DNA from: Bugula neritina
Lineage: Eukaryota; Animalia; Bryozoa
Direction of reading: 5' to 3'
Assembly: GCA_964035545.1 (NCBI GenBank)
Contig: OZ037767.1
Span: 27,978,628 to 28,042,627 of the forward strand
Length of the DNA: 64,000 nt
Shown here: positions 35,201 through 49,740 of the stretch, piece by piece
How the letters are laid out: the number at the start of each line of letters is the position of its first letter
Position numbering within the stretch: position 1 is the first letter of the stretch
Program-made: the position numbers and the translations under genes
The notes under the pieces: model-generated
What the model saw: the letters and a program-made list of their open reading frames with translations, nothing else
Database searches by the model: none
What the model was told of the DNA's origin: nothing

Positions 35201-38200
35201 TAAAAAGCTACTGCTAGGCATGTACAATAAGGTATACTGTAATACATTTTATAGCATAGCATTCAACAGCGTATATCGTAACAAAAATTAAATAAAATCT
35301 ATATATTTTGTTAAACTGCTACATTCTATAAAATTATAAGTTTGTATAAAAAAGCCTGAAATCTCATACCAGAGCAGCACTTAGCCTCAGCTCCTTACTT
35401 ACCCTACCCAGAATGCCGGGCTCTCACAACCTCAAACATTTTCACTTGCATATTTTCTAAGATGTAGCATAACGTGTTTAGTATTGCCTGCTTACTTCGG
35501 ACATGATGGTGAGGTCAAAAAATGACTTATCGTACACCCAGCTGTAGCACTTTATATTCTTTTCTATCATTACTTCTGTGATGTTTCCATTTATCCCATC
35601 TCCATATCTGGCCAACTTGTTGTATGTACATGTGTCTAAACAACAAAAAGTAGTTATTGTTCATAATTATAAAGTACAACTTTATGTTGTTGTTAAAAAC
35701 TGCATACCGTAAGGTAATTTAATCCTTTGCTTTCAACACCCAATCAGCTGCTTTAAGTTATACCCATGCAATGAGAATGAGTGGTGTTTTTATAAGACTA
35801 ATACAAAGGCATGAATTGACAAAGACTGTAAAGAGTGAAGAGAGATGCTGAAGTCTAACATGTCAGAAACACGTCTAAAGCACTGTGCTCAAAATTTTAA
35901 TTCTACCTACAAGTTGGCTAGTTTGATAACTAAACTATGTTGTCCAAATAGATTCAAAAATAAGAGCCTGTAACTTCCAAACAGTGTCTAAATATCGGAT
36001 TTCTTCAGTTCTTATGATTGTACATCGGCACTAGAGTTCAGAGAGCACACAATTTCTACGTACCTGCAGTATAGACTAAAACAGCAGTTTTATTGTTGAA
36101 GTCAGTCCAATTAGAAGAGTCTGGAACTTTGCAATGATGTTCTTGGGTGGCACCAATAAATATGTAACCATTGTTGTTGAACACACAGGAGAAAGTCACC
36201 AATGAAAGCAGAACTAAAATACAAACACAACTTCAATTTTAAGCAAACTTGGAGGTTTTCAAATTCTGCTTGTGTTTTATTCTGGTGATGTAGCCGTTAT
36301 GCAATAATATACCACATTGAAAATGATGAAAGTGCAATTATATAAACATTTTTCAATAGCTTATTACTCAAAAATTGTTATAACTAATCCCGGTGGTAAT
36401 TGACTGTCCCAGGAATCAAACTGTAAATCTGACTTCTTAATAAGCTGCAGCAGTTAGAATTTCTATAGTAAATAATTCTTTGCTTCGAACGCCCATCTAA
36501 TTCAACAAAACTAATACATGCATACTTAATGCCTAGCAAATGTCAATACAGTGATGAACAAGGAGATGCAGTATGTGCAAATATAAGCCACTTATCATCT
36601 TCCAAAGCATGCATACAGACATGAGCCTTTGGCGCTTGATGGCTCAGGAGGGAATTGATTTACATGATAATTATAAGTTAGCTGATGTAGAAAGCCTGTC
36701 TTGTAGCTGACGGAGAAAGTGATGGGACTATGCATTAGATAGAAAGTAAGCTACGACGGTAAACAGTTGGAGATGAGTAACACCACGCATGTGTTTGATT
36801 GATGAAATGCAGTGGGAATTCACAGCATAAAAACCAATAAGTTATTATGCAATATGCTATTTTATTTTAGCAACTCCTGATCCTAGACTTTAAAGAAAAA
36901 TTCTCTTTCCAATTTACAGAAAGACATGTTGGCTGGTGGTCAGCACAAAAACTAAATTATTTGGGAAACCAGCATTAGGGTTAGTGTAGCACACCACCCC
37001 TGAACTTACTGAAGATTATCACTTGATAGCGGCCAGAACCATACTTGCTCATAGCTTCTTCATAAGACAAGCTTTCGCATGAGTCATCTCCAGATGAAGT
37101 GCTGCCATCACTCTCCGACTTATTGGCCCCAGAGTCAGCATAGTCTGCTGGCTCGTTCTTGGAGGCAGCGTGAATTTCACGGTCAGGACTAGGATCAACT
37201 GGCAGGCTATAAATACATGTATCTAGCACTAAGAAGGTTGAACAACAAACTTGATCATTCTAGATCATTCTATCATAAATGCTGTTATTGACCAGATTTT
37301 AATATGTCCAATAGAAATGAAACCACTCTTTATAGTTTAACAAAAAACTTCATCACTTGATGTAGTAAAGCTATAATTACCATATTGATGAATAGCTATG
37401 ATTGATAATAATAAAAATAGCTAAAAGTAACCAACACTAACTAGTGAAATAAATAAACCTCTATTTTATTCAATAAGGAATAACAAAACATGACTGAGTG
37501 TTGCAGTGCCATAGGAGGTTAATCTAACAACTCCCTTTGCTATTTTAACGACTGCTTTGTTGCGTAGCTTGTTGTTTTATAGATATATAGTAAAGTAAAG
37601 TTCTTGCCTAACTAGTTGTGTAGGAACCTAAGAATTGTGTTTTTAGTAAAAGTAAACTGTTAGCGAAGGTGATGACTAAACTTATACAATGTTTTGCAAG
37701 TTATTATTTGCAGAAATTTTATAAAATGGGAAAGGTTATTTGTATATGTTGCAATTCAGCCAGGGAAACATGACCACACACGCACGCGCACACACACACA
37801 GCAAGAGTTGAGGATTTTGTACTTAAATCACATTGGTCTGCCAAAATGATGGTGATAACTTTAAGTGGGTATAATTTGCACATGTATAATAACTCACAAT
37901 ATGGAATGTTACACTGATATAATTCTTCAAGTCCTTGAAAGGCCAACTAGTTAATTTATGTAGATAGAGAAGTAAATAACATAAGTCAAATGACAGTTAT
38001 ATTAATATTAGTATTAATATCTGTTTTACAGACTAACTATAAAACTTGAAACTAGCGTAAGGTAATGTTCAGTTTTGCAACAAGCATGTAAATACTAATA
38101 TGTCTTTACATTAATTATCACATTTCTTCTTAAAACTGCAGAAATATAATGTAGATTAAGCACACTCGGTCATGACACCGCATATAAATAGGTCTTTTGA

Positions 38201-38792
38201 GCTTGAACTCAGGTCTTTGATTAATGCTCTGGTTAATCTATTACTGCAAGAACTGTAGCATTGATGTATAGCTAGCTGATGTATTTGTCACTTCATCTCC
38301 TATTAGTGATATTTTATATGGAGTGTAAAAGCTACCAAATAGCTTTTATATTTTAATTTCCAACGTATTGCATATATATAAAAAGCAATATAACATCGCA
38401 TAATACAACATAATATAATATAATGTATTATAATGTAATATAGGATTGCTGAATATAATTGTAGCTATATCAACTATAGGCCTACCCTTTCTAAAAAAGC
38501 ACTGAAAATCAGCCTTTCCAGAAATATTTACGTTTGTTGTCTTTGCTATTAGTTTTGCTCATATTTTATTCAAAATAGAATAAGAAAAAAATTGGCCATT
38601 GCCAAAAGATCAAAAAGCTAAATGCAAGTCAATGTTTCATGATATGCATGAAACCACTCAACTTGAACACATGCTCATATTGCATAGCATTTAGTAATAA
38701 TAATAATTGTAACTAATCAGTTTTACTAAGTGTGCTAGCTTAGAATTTACTTACTTCTTGTATGTTCCTGGTAAAACTTCATCCGTCTCCAT
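29299..38792 (-). CDS. SLC22-family organic cation/anion transporter, paralog A (MFS)
   Basis: 14 coding exons from ATG 38792: 38792-38755, 37206-37010, 36213-36064, 35635-35496, 34760-34654, 34094-33940, ~33492-33330, ~32782-32650, ~32160-32037, ~31367-31200, ~31036-30933, ~30586-30509, ~29992-29875, 29402-29299. Motifs [44 protein letters not shown]. Confidence 0.92.
29620..29835. repeat. ~11-bp degenerate minisatellite (aatgtagtgac) in the last intron of SLC22-A
   Basis: Visible periodic repeat. It creates the spurious His/Ile/Ser extension in ORF 29585..29965. Confidence 0.85.
30370..30512 (-). repeat. 16-bp tandem repeat of a 5' splice site (cagtGTAAGTATacag on - strand)
   Basis: atacttacactgctgt is repeated, and the copy nearest the exon is the real donor. 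Confidence 0.9.
30710..30935 (-). repeat. ~33-bp tandem repeat carrying GTAAGTAT donor copies
   Basis: tatacttactctaatatatctcagtatttac is repeated downstream of the ELYPTT exon donor. Confidence 0.85.
31688..31892. repeat. (CA)n/(CACACACG)n compound microsatellite
   Basis: Visible directly. Confidence 0.97.
34091..34150 (-). repeat. 23-bp tandem triplication of a 3' splice site (ttttgttcacag|gtatg)
   Basis: atacctgtgaacaaaaccatctc x2 plus a third partial copy. Confidence 0.9.
34275..34369 (-). mobile_element. tRNA-derived repeat (pseudo-tRNA with shared 5' leader), copy 2
   Basis: Reverse complement reads atgtagtgatgagtttactcagtggtccccgtggtgtaatggttagcacacttgcttgcaagccagaggtctagggttcgattcccagtgggagc. 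A and B boxes are intact, but anticodon and T stems are mismatched. Confidence 0.75.
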
Positions 38793-40521
38793 AATATTAC
38801 TGCCTGATAGAGATAACTTTCACCAATGACAAGAGGCACACGAGTTAGATGTAAACTGTCAGTCTCCTGTCGTAGGTCCTGCGATCATTAATCACTCGCG
38901 ATGAATTGAATTACAAAAATTATGGATCTTTGTGGTGAAATATTATAATCAGATAGGGCAGTATCCTTGTATAGATGAAGTAAAAGTAGGGCTGGCTTAA
39001 TTCTGAACCCGTAGTTAGATGTAGTTTTGAATGCTGGTTCTAAATATGTAATGGTAGACTAAACTAAATAGTTTGTTTAGAAGTTATAATGTAATTTGCA
39101 AAAATCTATTTTTTTATTGACACAAATTCGCAAGATGAATGTAATGCGGTTTCTAGTTACGTATCTTTTATACACAGTGCGTTGTATTACTGAGCTTGTG
39201 GGAAATCAAGCGTCACGCTATATTATAGGGCTAGGCTGCCAATAGTAACATGTTTGCTCGAAGCTCACCATAGCAACGGCAATAACATAGTTAACCAGAA
39301 ATGCATATACATGTACATTGAAATTCATTTGCTGTGCAATAGGTATAAGGCTTTCAAAATAACTTTGTTTTAATAAAGTTAGCCAGTGAAAAAATTATAT
39401 TTGCAATTCCCTAATTAAAACTGTGCAATGTTGGAAAAATCATTCATAGCCCTCCCATCATGACTCTTTGCATTATCGTTATCGATTTTGGGGATACCAT
39501 TTACATGCCTCCGTGGAAGTATCAACTTTTCCAATTGGAAAAATGGTGCCATAGACTCTTCTTTGAGTTATTGAAAAGACAAATTATCATGTAACAAGTT
39601 ACTGCTTACAGATGAAGTGATAATAGTAATTATAGACGAGCCCGCATGCAGCTTACAACACGACCCACATGCATGTTATTCATTGCACTCTACGCTATAG
39701 CTTATTGTCTAGATAAAGCATATAACTTCTTGTAAACCCAGTCATCTGGTGATGTGCTACAAACCCACTCAAGAGCTAAAATTAACTTGCAACTTACACT
39801 ATGCAACTAACAAACGCATTAGCGAATAATTAAAATATTGTGTTGCTAAAGATTTACTATAATTGCTAAAAGTGGAAGCTAAGCTTATACAGCTACTTTT
39901 ATGAATTCCTTACATCCCGATGAGTTTATTGACTTTTTATCAGCTTATTTGGCCATTTTTACGCTGTGGCAAATTAGGAATCAATAAAATTACGGTTCAC
40001 AGTGTTCTGGATGCCGGCTGGGCTTATTAATAAGCATCCAACACCACTCGTACATTAAGTGGATGAAGAGTATGGGGAGTTAACTACTAACAATGAAACT
40101 ATAATGATGGTTGGAATTCTTGATTTTTGCTGCCTATGCCACTGTGGCACATAAAATTTCGAATATTTTTTCTGTATCCAGGAGAGGTACTACATTAGGG
40201 ACATTTATTTTAAGCTAGAGTGTTTTTACTTCTACAGCATTTTACTTTATTGAGTACATACCATAAATAATACTTGTGTTTTTTCAACATATTTTATTAC
40301 ACTTCATTTTTTCAGCTAGCAATACCATTAAGGTAATTGGATTTTGTGGGAGGGGGCATTTTATAAAACTGCTAAGTCAAAAAAGCAGGGGCACCTACAG
40401 ACAAAAACAGCAATTGATTTGTTATGAAACATCTCGTATTCTTTTAACAGACCCATATTTTTGCTCAGACTATGAAAGAGCTTCAAGTCAAACAAAACTT
40501 TATAATTATACAAGTTATTAT

Positions 40522-43500
40522 TTATGCTGTGACTGTGGCAAGTTTTTTCATAGCTTGTTCGTCGATTTCTTCTTTTTCCTTTTTGCAGCAGTTGAATGAA
40601 TTTAATGGGTTTTCATTTTCAGCCTCTATACATGTAAAACAATTTCAAAGATAAATAAAGACAATCAAATACAAGATTAACTCTCAATTCTACAAATGAA
40701 CCAGTAATCAATAAAGATTTATCCCTGTTACTTATCTACATGTATTTGATTTTTGATTATAAGCTTTATGGAAGATTCTAGAACATTCCACAAGACTTAC
40801 GATGAAGTGAGTCAGGCAATGCTTTTTCCTTAGTCTCTGGTAATAGAATAGCAAACAGACCGGCGATCAGGGCGACAACTCCAAAGATGACGTAAGGTAG
40901 GCTTGGCCACAGGTCATTCTAAACATACAACTAGTTGAACATGTCTTAAAGAGATAACTTGACAGCAAATAGGTATTATGCTGATGTCATCTGTTACTGA
41001 TCACTTCTGTAGTAGATTTTATCGAAATGATTAAATGACAATTACTAACTTTCTTTATGGAAATGCATTCTAAAACTTTTACTGATGTCTTGTTAGAATC
41101 TTACACTGAGAGCCAAGTATGGGGCTATAGCTCCCCCAGCCCTAGCGAGAGCTGATCCTAGACCCAGGGCTGTAACTCTAGCCTACAATTGCATGTAGAC
41201 ATGATCATACTGTGAGTGCATAAGTAAAGACAGTACTATTTAGATGGAATTATATTATAATGATATGATTATCCTATAACCAGGTGAGTTATATTTTACC
41301 ACACTTACTATACTTACTGTAATAAGTTATTAATTACCACATTTACTATAGGCACTTACTCTAAAATGTTAATAATCACCACACTTACTATACTTACTCT
41401 ACTTACTATATATACTTACCCTAATATGGTATTACTTACAGTTGTTGGGTAAAGTTCTGCTGTCACAATATAAATCATCCCAAAATTTGCTTCTATGAAT
41501 AGTTTGCCTATCATACTCATTGCTATGACTGCTCCATCAATACCTGAATATGTATGATGATGTAGAAACAAGGCAATGGAATTATTTACAATTATGGAGG
41601 AGGCAAATATATAAATACATAAAACAACATTTTATTTAAAGAATGATAGTACTTCTGTTCATGTTGCTAAAAAGACTAGTAAGTTTTAAAACCCCATAAA
41701 ATAGTGTGATAGCCTGTATTCTACAATCCACATTTATATATCAGCGAAGGTAAATATGACCGTCCCGTGCCTACCATATGAAGTGAATATAGGGACAACA
41801 GCACACATGGCACATCCTATGAGGAAGGCTGTAGAGATAGCCAACCTTCTACCAAGTCTGATGTACCATATTCCCAGGAACTGGAGAACTCCACTCACTT
41901 GTAGCAGATAATTGTTAACAAAAATGTTTCCTCCTAAATTACCTGTAAGAAATTTTATTAATTACTGCAGTGGGGTGTTAATAATGTAAATGATGAAATA
42001 CACTATCAACATAATACATGGCAGGGTAAAGTATAAACTTAATCAATATTCAGGTAAAATAATGCATTAGAGTCATATCATGTATTGTGCTTTCATCAAA
42101 AAATTGTTGTTTTTAAAAATGACTCCAAAAACATCTATCGTTGAATTATACTATTATGCGAAAAAATAATATTATTATTATATATATCCCTATGTATTAT
42201 AATTCATAATAATTATGTTATATTAGGTTATATAATATGTTACAATATGTTAAGTAATATTATTATATATTGTCATATGTTATAATATTATAATATAGTT
42301 ATGATACATGCATGCAATATATTTTATTACAGGTGGTACTATAACTACCAAATAGTACAGAATATAAAACACTGGATGAATGGATTGAATGAGTTTCAAT
42401 ACTAATGACACTGAAACAATGAAGTTATAGTCTTACAACAATATATGTCAATAAAAGTGTGTGCCTTTTGTCCAAAACCCATTCAGGTTAAAAAACCCGC
42501 TAAAGTTCACGGCATTACAAGAACAACAAAAATATTGCAATACAAAAGATATCAAATGCTGCATAATTAAAATTTAACCTTAATGACAGGCTGTTTGTTC
42601 ACTGCTAATACTTGAAGCAGCAATCTACACAAATTATTCACTAATTGCTCATTCAGAGCACTTGAAAAAATGCAATGATAATTAATAATGTAATCATATA
42701 ATGAGATTAGCATTGCTGCCAGAACTAGTGTATGCTGACTATACCTGAAGATGTCTTACTAATGGAATTTAATCATATTAACATGTTTAAGCTAATGCAC
42801 ATTGGACCTAGCTAACTATGATTATACTTATATCAGGTGCAGTCGCTGTGCAGTTTTCAGCAACCGTTATTCCTTCCGAAGTTTTATATTGCGATGAGAA
42901 AAAATAGACTTGAATGAAATAGCTTATAATTAGAATATCAGAAGATGAATCTCCCACCTTTGGTTATATAATGATGTGAGGGGAGCACATATAGCTTGTA
43001 TGATATACTATTACTTGTATTATAATAAAACATATGTATTATGTACTATTATATAACACACATTTTACATGATAAACATTATATAACATATGTTCTATAT
43101 GACATATTATTACTCAATATTTGTTCTAAATTTTATCATATTAGATGTAGGCTGTTATAAAAGTATGTTACCTGAATTAATTATGTATTAAAAAGCACTG
43201 ACCTACGTTATAGTTGATTCCAAAGAACACAATCGACACACTAAACCATAGCAATGAGACTAACAGGGTCTTTTTCCTAAGATTTGGAGTTTTAAATAAT
43301 GAAAATACATTTCCTTCTTTGGGTTTCTGCAACATTAAACAAATTACTTGTGTTAAAGTTTTATTTACTAATGGAGACTATAAGAACCTTTCACATTTCA
43401 CTTTTCACTGTCAACATGCTAGAAATTAATCGTAAATGTTTCAATCTAAACGAAAAAACTTGTATTATAAAGCGTCAAGTATGGTTGCATTCTACACACC

Positions 43501-46500
43501 TGATACTCAAGGTAGACGTGCAGGTTTTCTGGAAATTCTATTTTATTAATTCTGGCAGATTTCTTGAAGTAAGCCACGGCTTCTTCTGTCCTACCCTGAC
43601 TAAGTAACCACCGCGGAGATTCTCCCATTACCCTGTAACGAAGACATGTATATGCAACCACCGAGGAGATTCCCAATTATCTTGTAACAGCAACTGCAAA
43701 CCAAATAAAATACTAGATTAATTAACACAGATAAATTTTTACGTTTTTTTGTCATTTGAGTTCCTGTATAAAGCGGCTATCAAAAAAATTAACCTTGCAT
43801 GTTATTCTGTTAGCATTAATTTGAAGGATTTATCCTACAACATCTTCTCTTACCCTCCCCCTCCGATGATAAGGGTTTTTAAGTAGGCCAAGGAGTGTGC
43901 TTCTAACACCTATTATAGCTAAAGCTATTGTTATGACTATACAGATGCTTTTATTGACAACACCGATAATCATGCTGCTAAGATTTGAACTTATTTGACT
44001 AATTGTCAGAATTACTAGGCAGCGCTCAAACCGCTAGACTTTCTCCAATTATCAAGTTATCAGTTGTTGGTAGATGGTACTTGTCAGCAAATTCTCGCAA
44101 GTTATGAAATGCACTACCATAGTAAACAATATAAAATAATACTCAGTGAAGAGAATATATTATTATACATATGTTGTAAATTTTTGTGGGATGATAACCC
44201 CATATTACAGCAATAGAAACAAATTATTGTTGCTAAAAAGTAGTTAGATACCTAAACTGTTGATATTCTGTTGTGAAAAATATGGAAACCTAGTCTAATA
44301 GCATACAGTAATATTTATCTTCTGATAAATTTGAAGGCTGTAGGAATAATTATTACTAAAGAAAATAAAGTTCTAAAGTTCCGGACAATGTCAGACATTT
44401 AATTTTATCACATTATTTGCTGTATTTAATTACTTCACAGATATATGAAATATGATGATATGTACCAATAGTATGGAAGGTAGAGTAGGAAACAGAGAGC
44501 ACAGGCTAACTGGAAGTTTCTCCAATGAGGAAACAGATGTGCAATTGCTGTCACTACAACACCGCCTGTACTGTACACTACTCCATGGAGCATGCCAGCC
44601 ACAGCGCGATCTTTAATGATCTCACAAACTAAAAGGCAGTAAAAGAACTTATTTCATATTTGAGAAATGCATAAACACTCTGTATAATTTATACAAAATA
44701 ATTATAACAGCTAAATTAAACATGCTACCAGTGTGTCAAATCTTGAAAAATATATCTACTAGTTCAGTAAGCATGGAGCTTCATCCAGTATAGTTGCTAT
44801 AATAAAGTGAAGACAACTCTGCTAACAGCTTTTAAAGAGTTCAAGTTACAGCAGACTATTCATTCTTGGTATGAAATGTTAGCTTATGAGCATAGCAAGC
44901 TAAGAGTATCTTTTTGAATTTGTATTACGCAAGGCAAGTAACTATGACAGTGTTATTGACAGACAAGTGACAATCTAACAATCTGTCATAATGACATGTG
45001 TCATGCCTGGTCATGTAATCTTGGCAAGTGTTGATGACAGGTATTAAAATTGCCACTGCAAATAATTGAAACAGGATTTTCGTATAGCTGCAGCTTTTCA
45101 CTTGCTGTATACACATCTGTATTACAAGAAAAATTAATATTTTTTACCGTAGACAAACCCTGCATTCCTGGCTCCAGCCGTAAATATTCCAAGAAGCAAT
45201 CTCATAATTGCTAACATTGGAAAGTTAAGAGAGAAGCTGGCCACTATTCCAATACCTAACATAGATACATTTGAAATAAGCAACAGTGTGGCCCTCCCAT
45301 ACCTGCAAATATTAAAAATTATAGCTAAATAATAAAACAATATTTTGTTAAGATTTTAACTTCAGCTTGTTAATAATTTTCTCATTAATCCGTTTTATTT
45401 AATATGCATTTATAAATTGTGCTTTTATTTATATAAATAAGCTTAAAGTTTTTAAACTATTATGCATATTCAAATTTTGTTGAAAAAACTTTATATTTAT
45501 AATTTTAAAAAAATCAGTTGGATAAATTGAAAGTTGAAAGTCACCCTACCTGTCTGATAAATCGGCTAATAGGATGCAGCCAATAAAAAATCCTATCATA
45601 TATAGAAAACTGGCTAAAGTGATTAGCTCCTTGCCTCCATTGCAAGAATTCAAGTCCCACTGCAATACAATGCAACATTATTTAAACACTGTAATAAAAA
45701 TAAATACATTATCTATTGTCTGTGTATCATTGTGTTAGCTCAGTCTATTTTTATACTGTCATAAAAAAATTTATTCCACTTCTGATTTGTAGACATTCTA
45801 TTGTTGATAAGGGCTTATATTTTGGACTTTAGTATGATGTATTTACAGACTGTAACTTACCTCAGACATGATGGTAAGGTCAAACACTGAGGTATCATAC
45901 ACCCAGCTGTCACATTTTATATTCTCTTCTATCATCACTTCTGTAATATTTTCATTTATTCCATCTCCATATCTGGCCAACTTGTTGTATGTACATGCGT
46001 CTAAACAACAAAAACAGGTAGCAACAATGAACTGAATTACCATTGTGATTTTTAACTAAGGATGCTAAAAGTTTCGAAACATTTTGTTTTCAGCTTTTTG
46101 CAATGGGAAGTCAATAGATTAATAAATATTCAGAAAGTGTTTTTAGTACAGTATTCATTGTAATTTATTATGTAAATGATTATCTAGTATAGGTATCAGA
46201 TGATGTCAATTTACTGCTTATTAAAGTTTATATTTATATTATTAAATTGCTCAGCAATTGGTTTCTATAGAGATAAAGTATTTTCAAAACATAATAAACA
46301 TTTTATTGTTTGATTGAATTGTGATTGTGTTGCCAATATGGCCCTGTTAGTTCCTGCCTTTACTGTTATTGCTGAATGATCGTTTCCTGCATAAAATAGT
46401 CAGCTTGTACTTACTGTTGTTGGTTACAGAATAAGTACGCTGTGTACTTATGTACTTACTGTAGTTGGTTACAGTAAGTACAATCTGTACTTACAGCCCC

Positions 46501-47180
46501 TGATGGCTCCTAGATATTTCATATGAGACGAGTATTTTACAAGAAGAAATATGTATATACATTTAATAAGATGCTTTAAAATGCTATCTCTGGTTAGTTT
46601 TAAATACAATCTAAATTATAAATTAAAGCGTTTAACATCAACACAATGTTAAATAATGTCCTAATAACAATGTTAAGCTGGGAATGAAGTTTATTTGAGA
46701 GAAGGTAATGCACATGTACTTGCAGTGTAGACGAAAACAGTAGTTTTGTTGTTAGAGTCAGTCCTATTAGAAGACTCTGGAACTTTGCAATGATGTTCTT
46801 GGGTGGCACCAATAAATATGTAACCATTGTTGTTGAACACAGTAGAGAAAGTCACCAGTGAGAGTAGAACTAGAATATTACAGATTAATGCAAGACAAGG
46901 TGGATTTAGAACTGCATAGCAAATATATGTAACTTTACATTCAAGGCAACTAATATTTATATTAAAGTATCATAGTGTCTAGTGAATTTATATGGAAGAT
47001 TCTGGAACAATACACAGGACATAACTCACTGAAGAGAACAAGCTGATGTCGGCCAGTTCCATACTTTACCATAGCATCTTCATAAGATATACTCTCATAG
47101 CCTTTACTTGCTAATCCGCCATTTGTAAATTTGCTAGCTCCCTCTGGTGCCAGTTTACCATTTCCCAAATTTGCAGCCAT
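40522..47180 (-). CDS. SLC22-family transporter, paralog B (tandem duplicate)
   Basis: 13 coding exons: 47180-47030, ~46869-46720, ~46000-45861, ~45659-45550, ~45302-45148, ~44628-44466, ~43632-43500, ~43328-43203, ~41942-41775, ~41543-41440, ~41182-41105, ~40918-40801, 40625-40522 (TAA). Same intron positions and motifs as paralog A. Confidence 0.92.
41290..41440 (-). repeat. Degenerate tandem repeat rich in GTAAGT donor copies, SLC22-B
   Basis: ccacacttactatacttact is repeated in the intron equivalent to paralog A 30710-30935. Confidence 0.75.
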
Positions 47181-48705
47181 TGTTGATCCTCTTCAGCTTG
47201 CAACTTGAAAGTTATGGTACAAATTTGCTAGGGCGTGTTACATTCCATATTAGCATTATATTACCATGATATATTGGCATCATATATATACATGTTATAT
47301 TATATAATGCTAACTCAAATAATGTCTCAACTAATAAAATATGTATGATGGCTACAAAAAATATAAATAGATAAATATTTTTAAACCCACAATTTTAGCA
47401 GCTAATAGTTGGTAAGGAATAGATTCAGCAACAGCGTGTTGGAGCATAAGCTTAACAAATAGATATTTTGTAGATTGGCTAGCATTCGGTAACCATTTAG
47501 AAGAAAAAGAAAGTAAAGTATATATGCCTTGTAGGTATTGCAGGTATAGAATTTTCAGCTTTCATAAGTTACCTGCTTAAGCTAGGTATAGTCTAGATTT
47601 TGGTCTATACACTTTTTCATAGTTACCAATATAAAATATAAAACATTAAATTTGATTTTTGCAAATAAATTAATCTTTTATTTAAGTTCTCAATAGAAAT
47701 AAACTGACTTACGCAGAGTTGAAAGCTAGGTAGGACAGACAGCAATAGAAGGACGAATGAAGACTCAACTAAGTTATACAATAAATTTTCCACAATGCCC
47801 TAGAGTAAGCCAATTACTTGGCATTCCATACTATCTTATCTTAATAATCTTCCATTCCGCTGATTACAAATTCTTATTCGGATAAGTAAAATTGAAAGCA
47901 CAAGATAAAATTGAAAGCTTTTGAATAAACCTTACTCCAAGGTCTTTGCCATAAGCTGTGAACTATATAACACAATCTATATTGCTGTCTTGTGTAATTT
48001 TTCTTCCAATAACTATTTACCATGCTGTATAGTCACATATAGTTGCAAGCTGACATGAGTGGTGCACGTTATATGATGCTGCATTGTAGATTTCAGAGGG
48101 GGATAATTCACTAAAATTAAGTACCGATTGTTATATTTCCTGTAAATTGGCTATGTATTTTAAGTAATTAAAATGTTAAAATCTACATCGAATAATCTTT
48201 TTAATTTGAATCGTTGAAAGATGTTATCAATTTCTAAACAAATTTGAAGTTTATTTTTAATATGTACGGCATATCTATATGATAGTAGTTGAAGTGTGTA
48301 ACAATGCAGTTTTACTAAGTAAAAGTATGCATCCAGAGTTTGATTTTTCTGCAATTAATCTCGATGTTCCCTGCCAATCCAGAGCTCAATATTATTTACA
48401 ATTGCATTAAATGTAATTTTTACAACGTTTTAGATATGAAGATTGAGCAAAAAACTATATTTCCCATCATAATAATATTTTTTTGCAAGACATTTGTAAT
48501 TAGAGATTGTCTTCACTTTTCCTCAGTGGTTACCTGCATACCCTTAGCTCAGTCTACGCATATGTTACTGGCAGTCTTGAATGAAAAGCCTAATGCAACA
48601 CAAATAGAATGATTATAACATAACCTAAAACTATTATAGTTGCTCAAAATGCGCTGTCAGTGGTTCAATTTGGCCCAATTGATCTCAGGAAGGGAAGCCC
48701 TCAAA

Positions 48706-48815
48706 CCACACTCTTTAAAAAACCCTTACTGCCAGGAATCCTCAACAGGGGTTCTCTACAGGAATTCCCAACCGGGGTTTACAAAAGGAACTTCCAACAG
48801 GGAAAATTCTATACA
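48706..48815. mobile_element. Possible DNA-transposon end with three ~26-bp subterminal repeats
   Basis: cacactctttaaaaaa followed by caggaatcctcaacaggggtt / caggaattcccaaccggggtt / aaggaacttccaacaggga. No partner end found. Confidence 0.3.
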
Positions 48816-49389
48816 AAATATAGTTGCCTTAGTAAAGGCAAAAACTAGGAAAAGAAGAGAAAATTTGTAAGTGAGCAAAAAGCAGAGACCCAATTTAGGA
48901 GAAAAGAACTCATTTGTTCAATATACTGAAGTTGTCTTCTATTATAGCCATGCATCGATTGCAAACCATATAAACATATTGTAGAACTTGACTATATTAT
49001 ACTGATCAAACACAATAGTTGGTTTTATTATGACAAAATATTCAAGTACATACTGTTTTCAATTAAAAAGCTAAAGTCAATGTATTCTTGTTTTATTATC
49101 AAAGTATAAAATCCTGTCTAAATGTAAATTTGAAGTCTTTCTTCCTTTCCAATATTGATTAACAGCCTTAATGTTCATTAAATGCAAATGTTTATATTAC
49201 ATTGCTGTGACAACAGATTTGTTTGTCCTAGTACTGTATTGTATAGCCCTGTATGTCAACTATACAGTACTCACAGTGCTTTAAATATATTGGTACATCA
49301 TGATAATATGTTCTTTTACCTGTAAAATATTGATTTGCTTCCTTAAAATGTAATGTAATATAACTTTAATACAATACCACATTTGCATG

Positions 49390-49740
49390 TATACATAGTA
49401 ATATATATTATTATATAATAAAATATAAAATGATATAACATAACGCAATATAATATAATATAATGTAATATAGTATAGCATAATATAATACAATATGACA
49501 TAATATGTTATATCATAATATAATATAATATAATATAATTTAACATAATATAGTATAATAAAATACAATACAATATAACATAATATAGTATAATATAACA
49601 TAATAGAATACAATGCAATATAATATGTTGTAATACAATGTAATAAAATGCAATAATATAATAAAATGCAATATAATAAACTATAATATGATATAGTATA
49701 GTAATTATACAAACTACAATATAATGCAGAATATATATAT
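49390..49740. repeat. (ATATA/ATAAT)n low-complexity tract
   Basis: Pentamer-like AT-rich repeat. Confidence 0.9.

Noticed and set aside
49281-49712. 143-aa Tyr/Ile-rich ORF
   Set aside because: Product of AT-rich pentamer low-complexity sequence.
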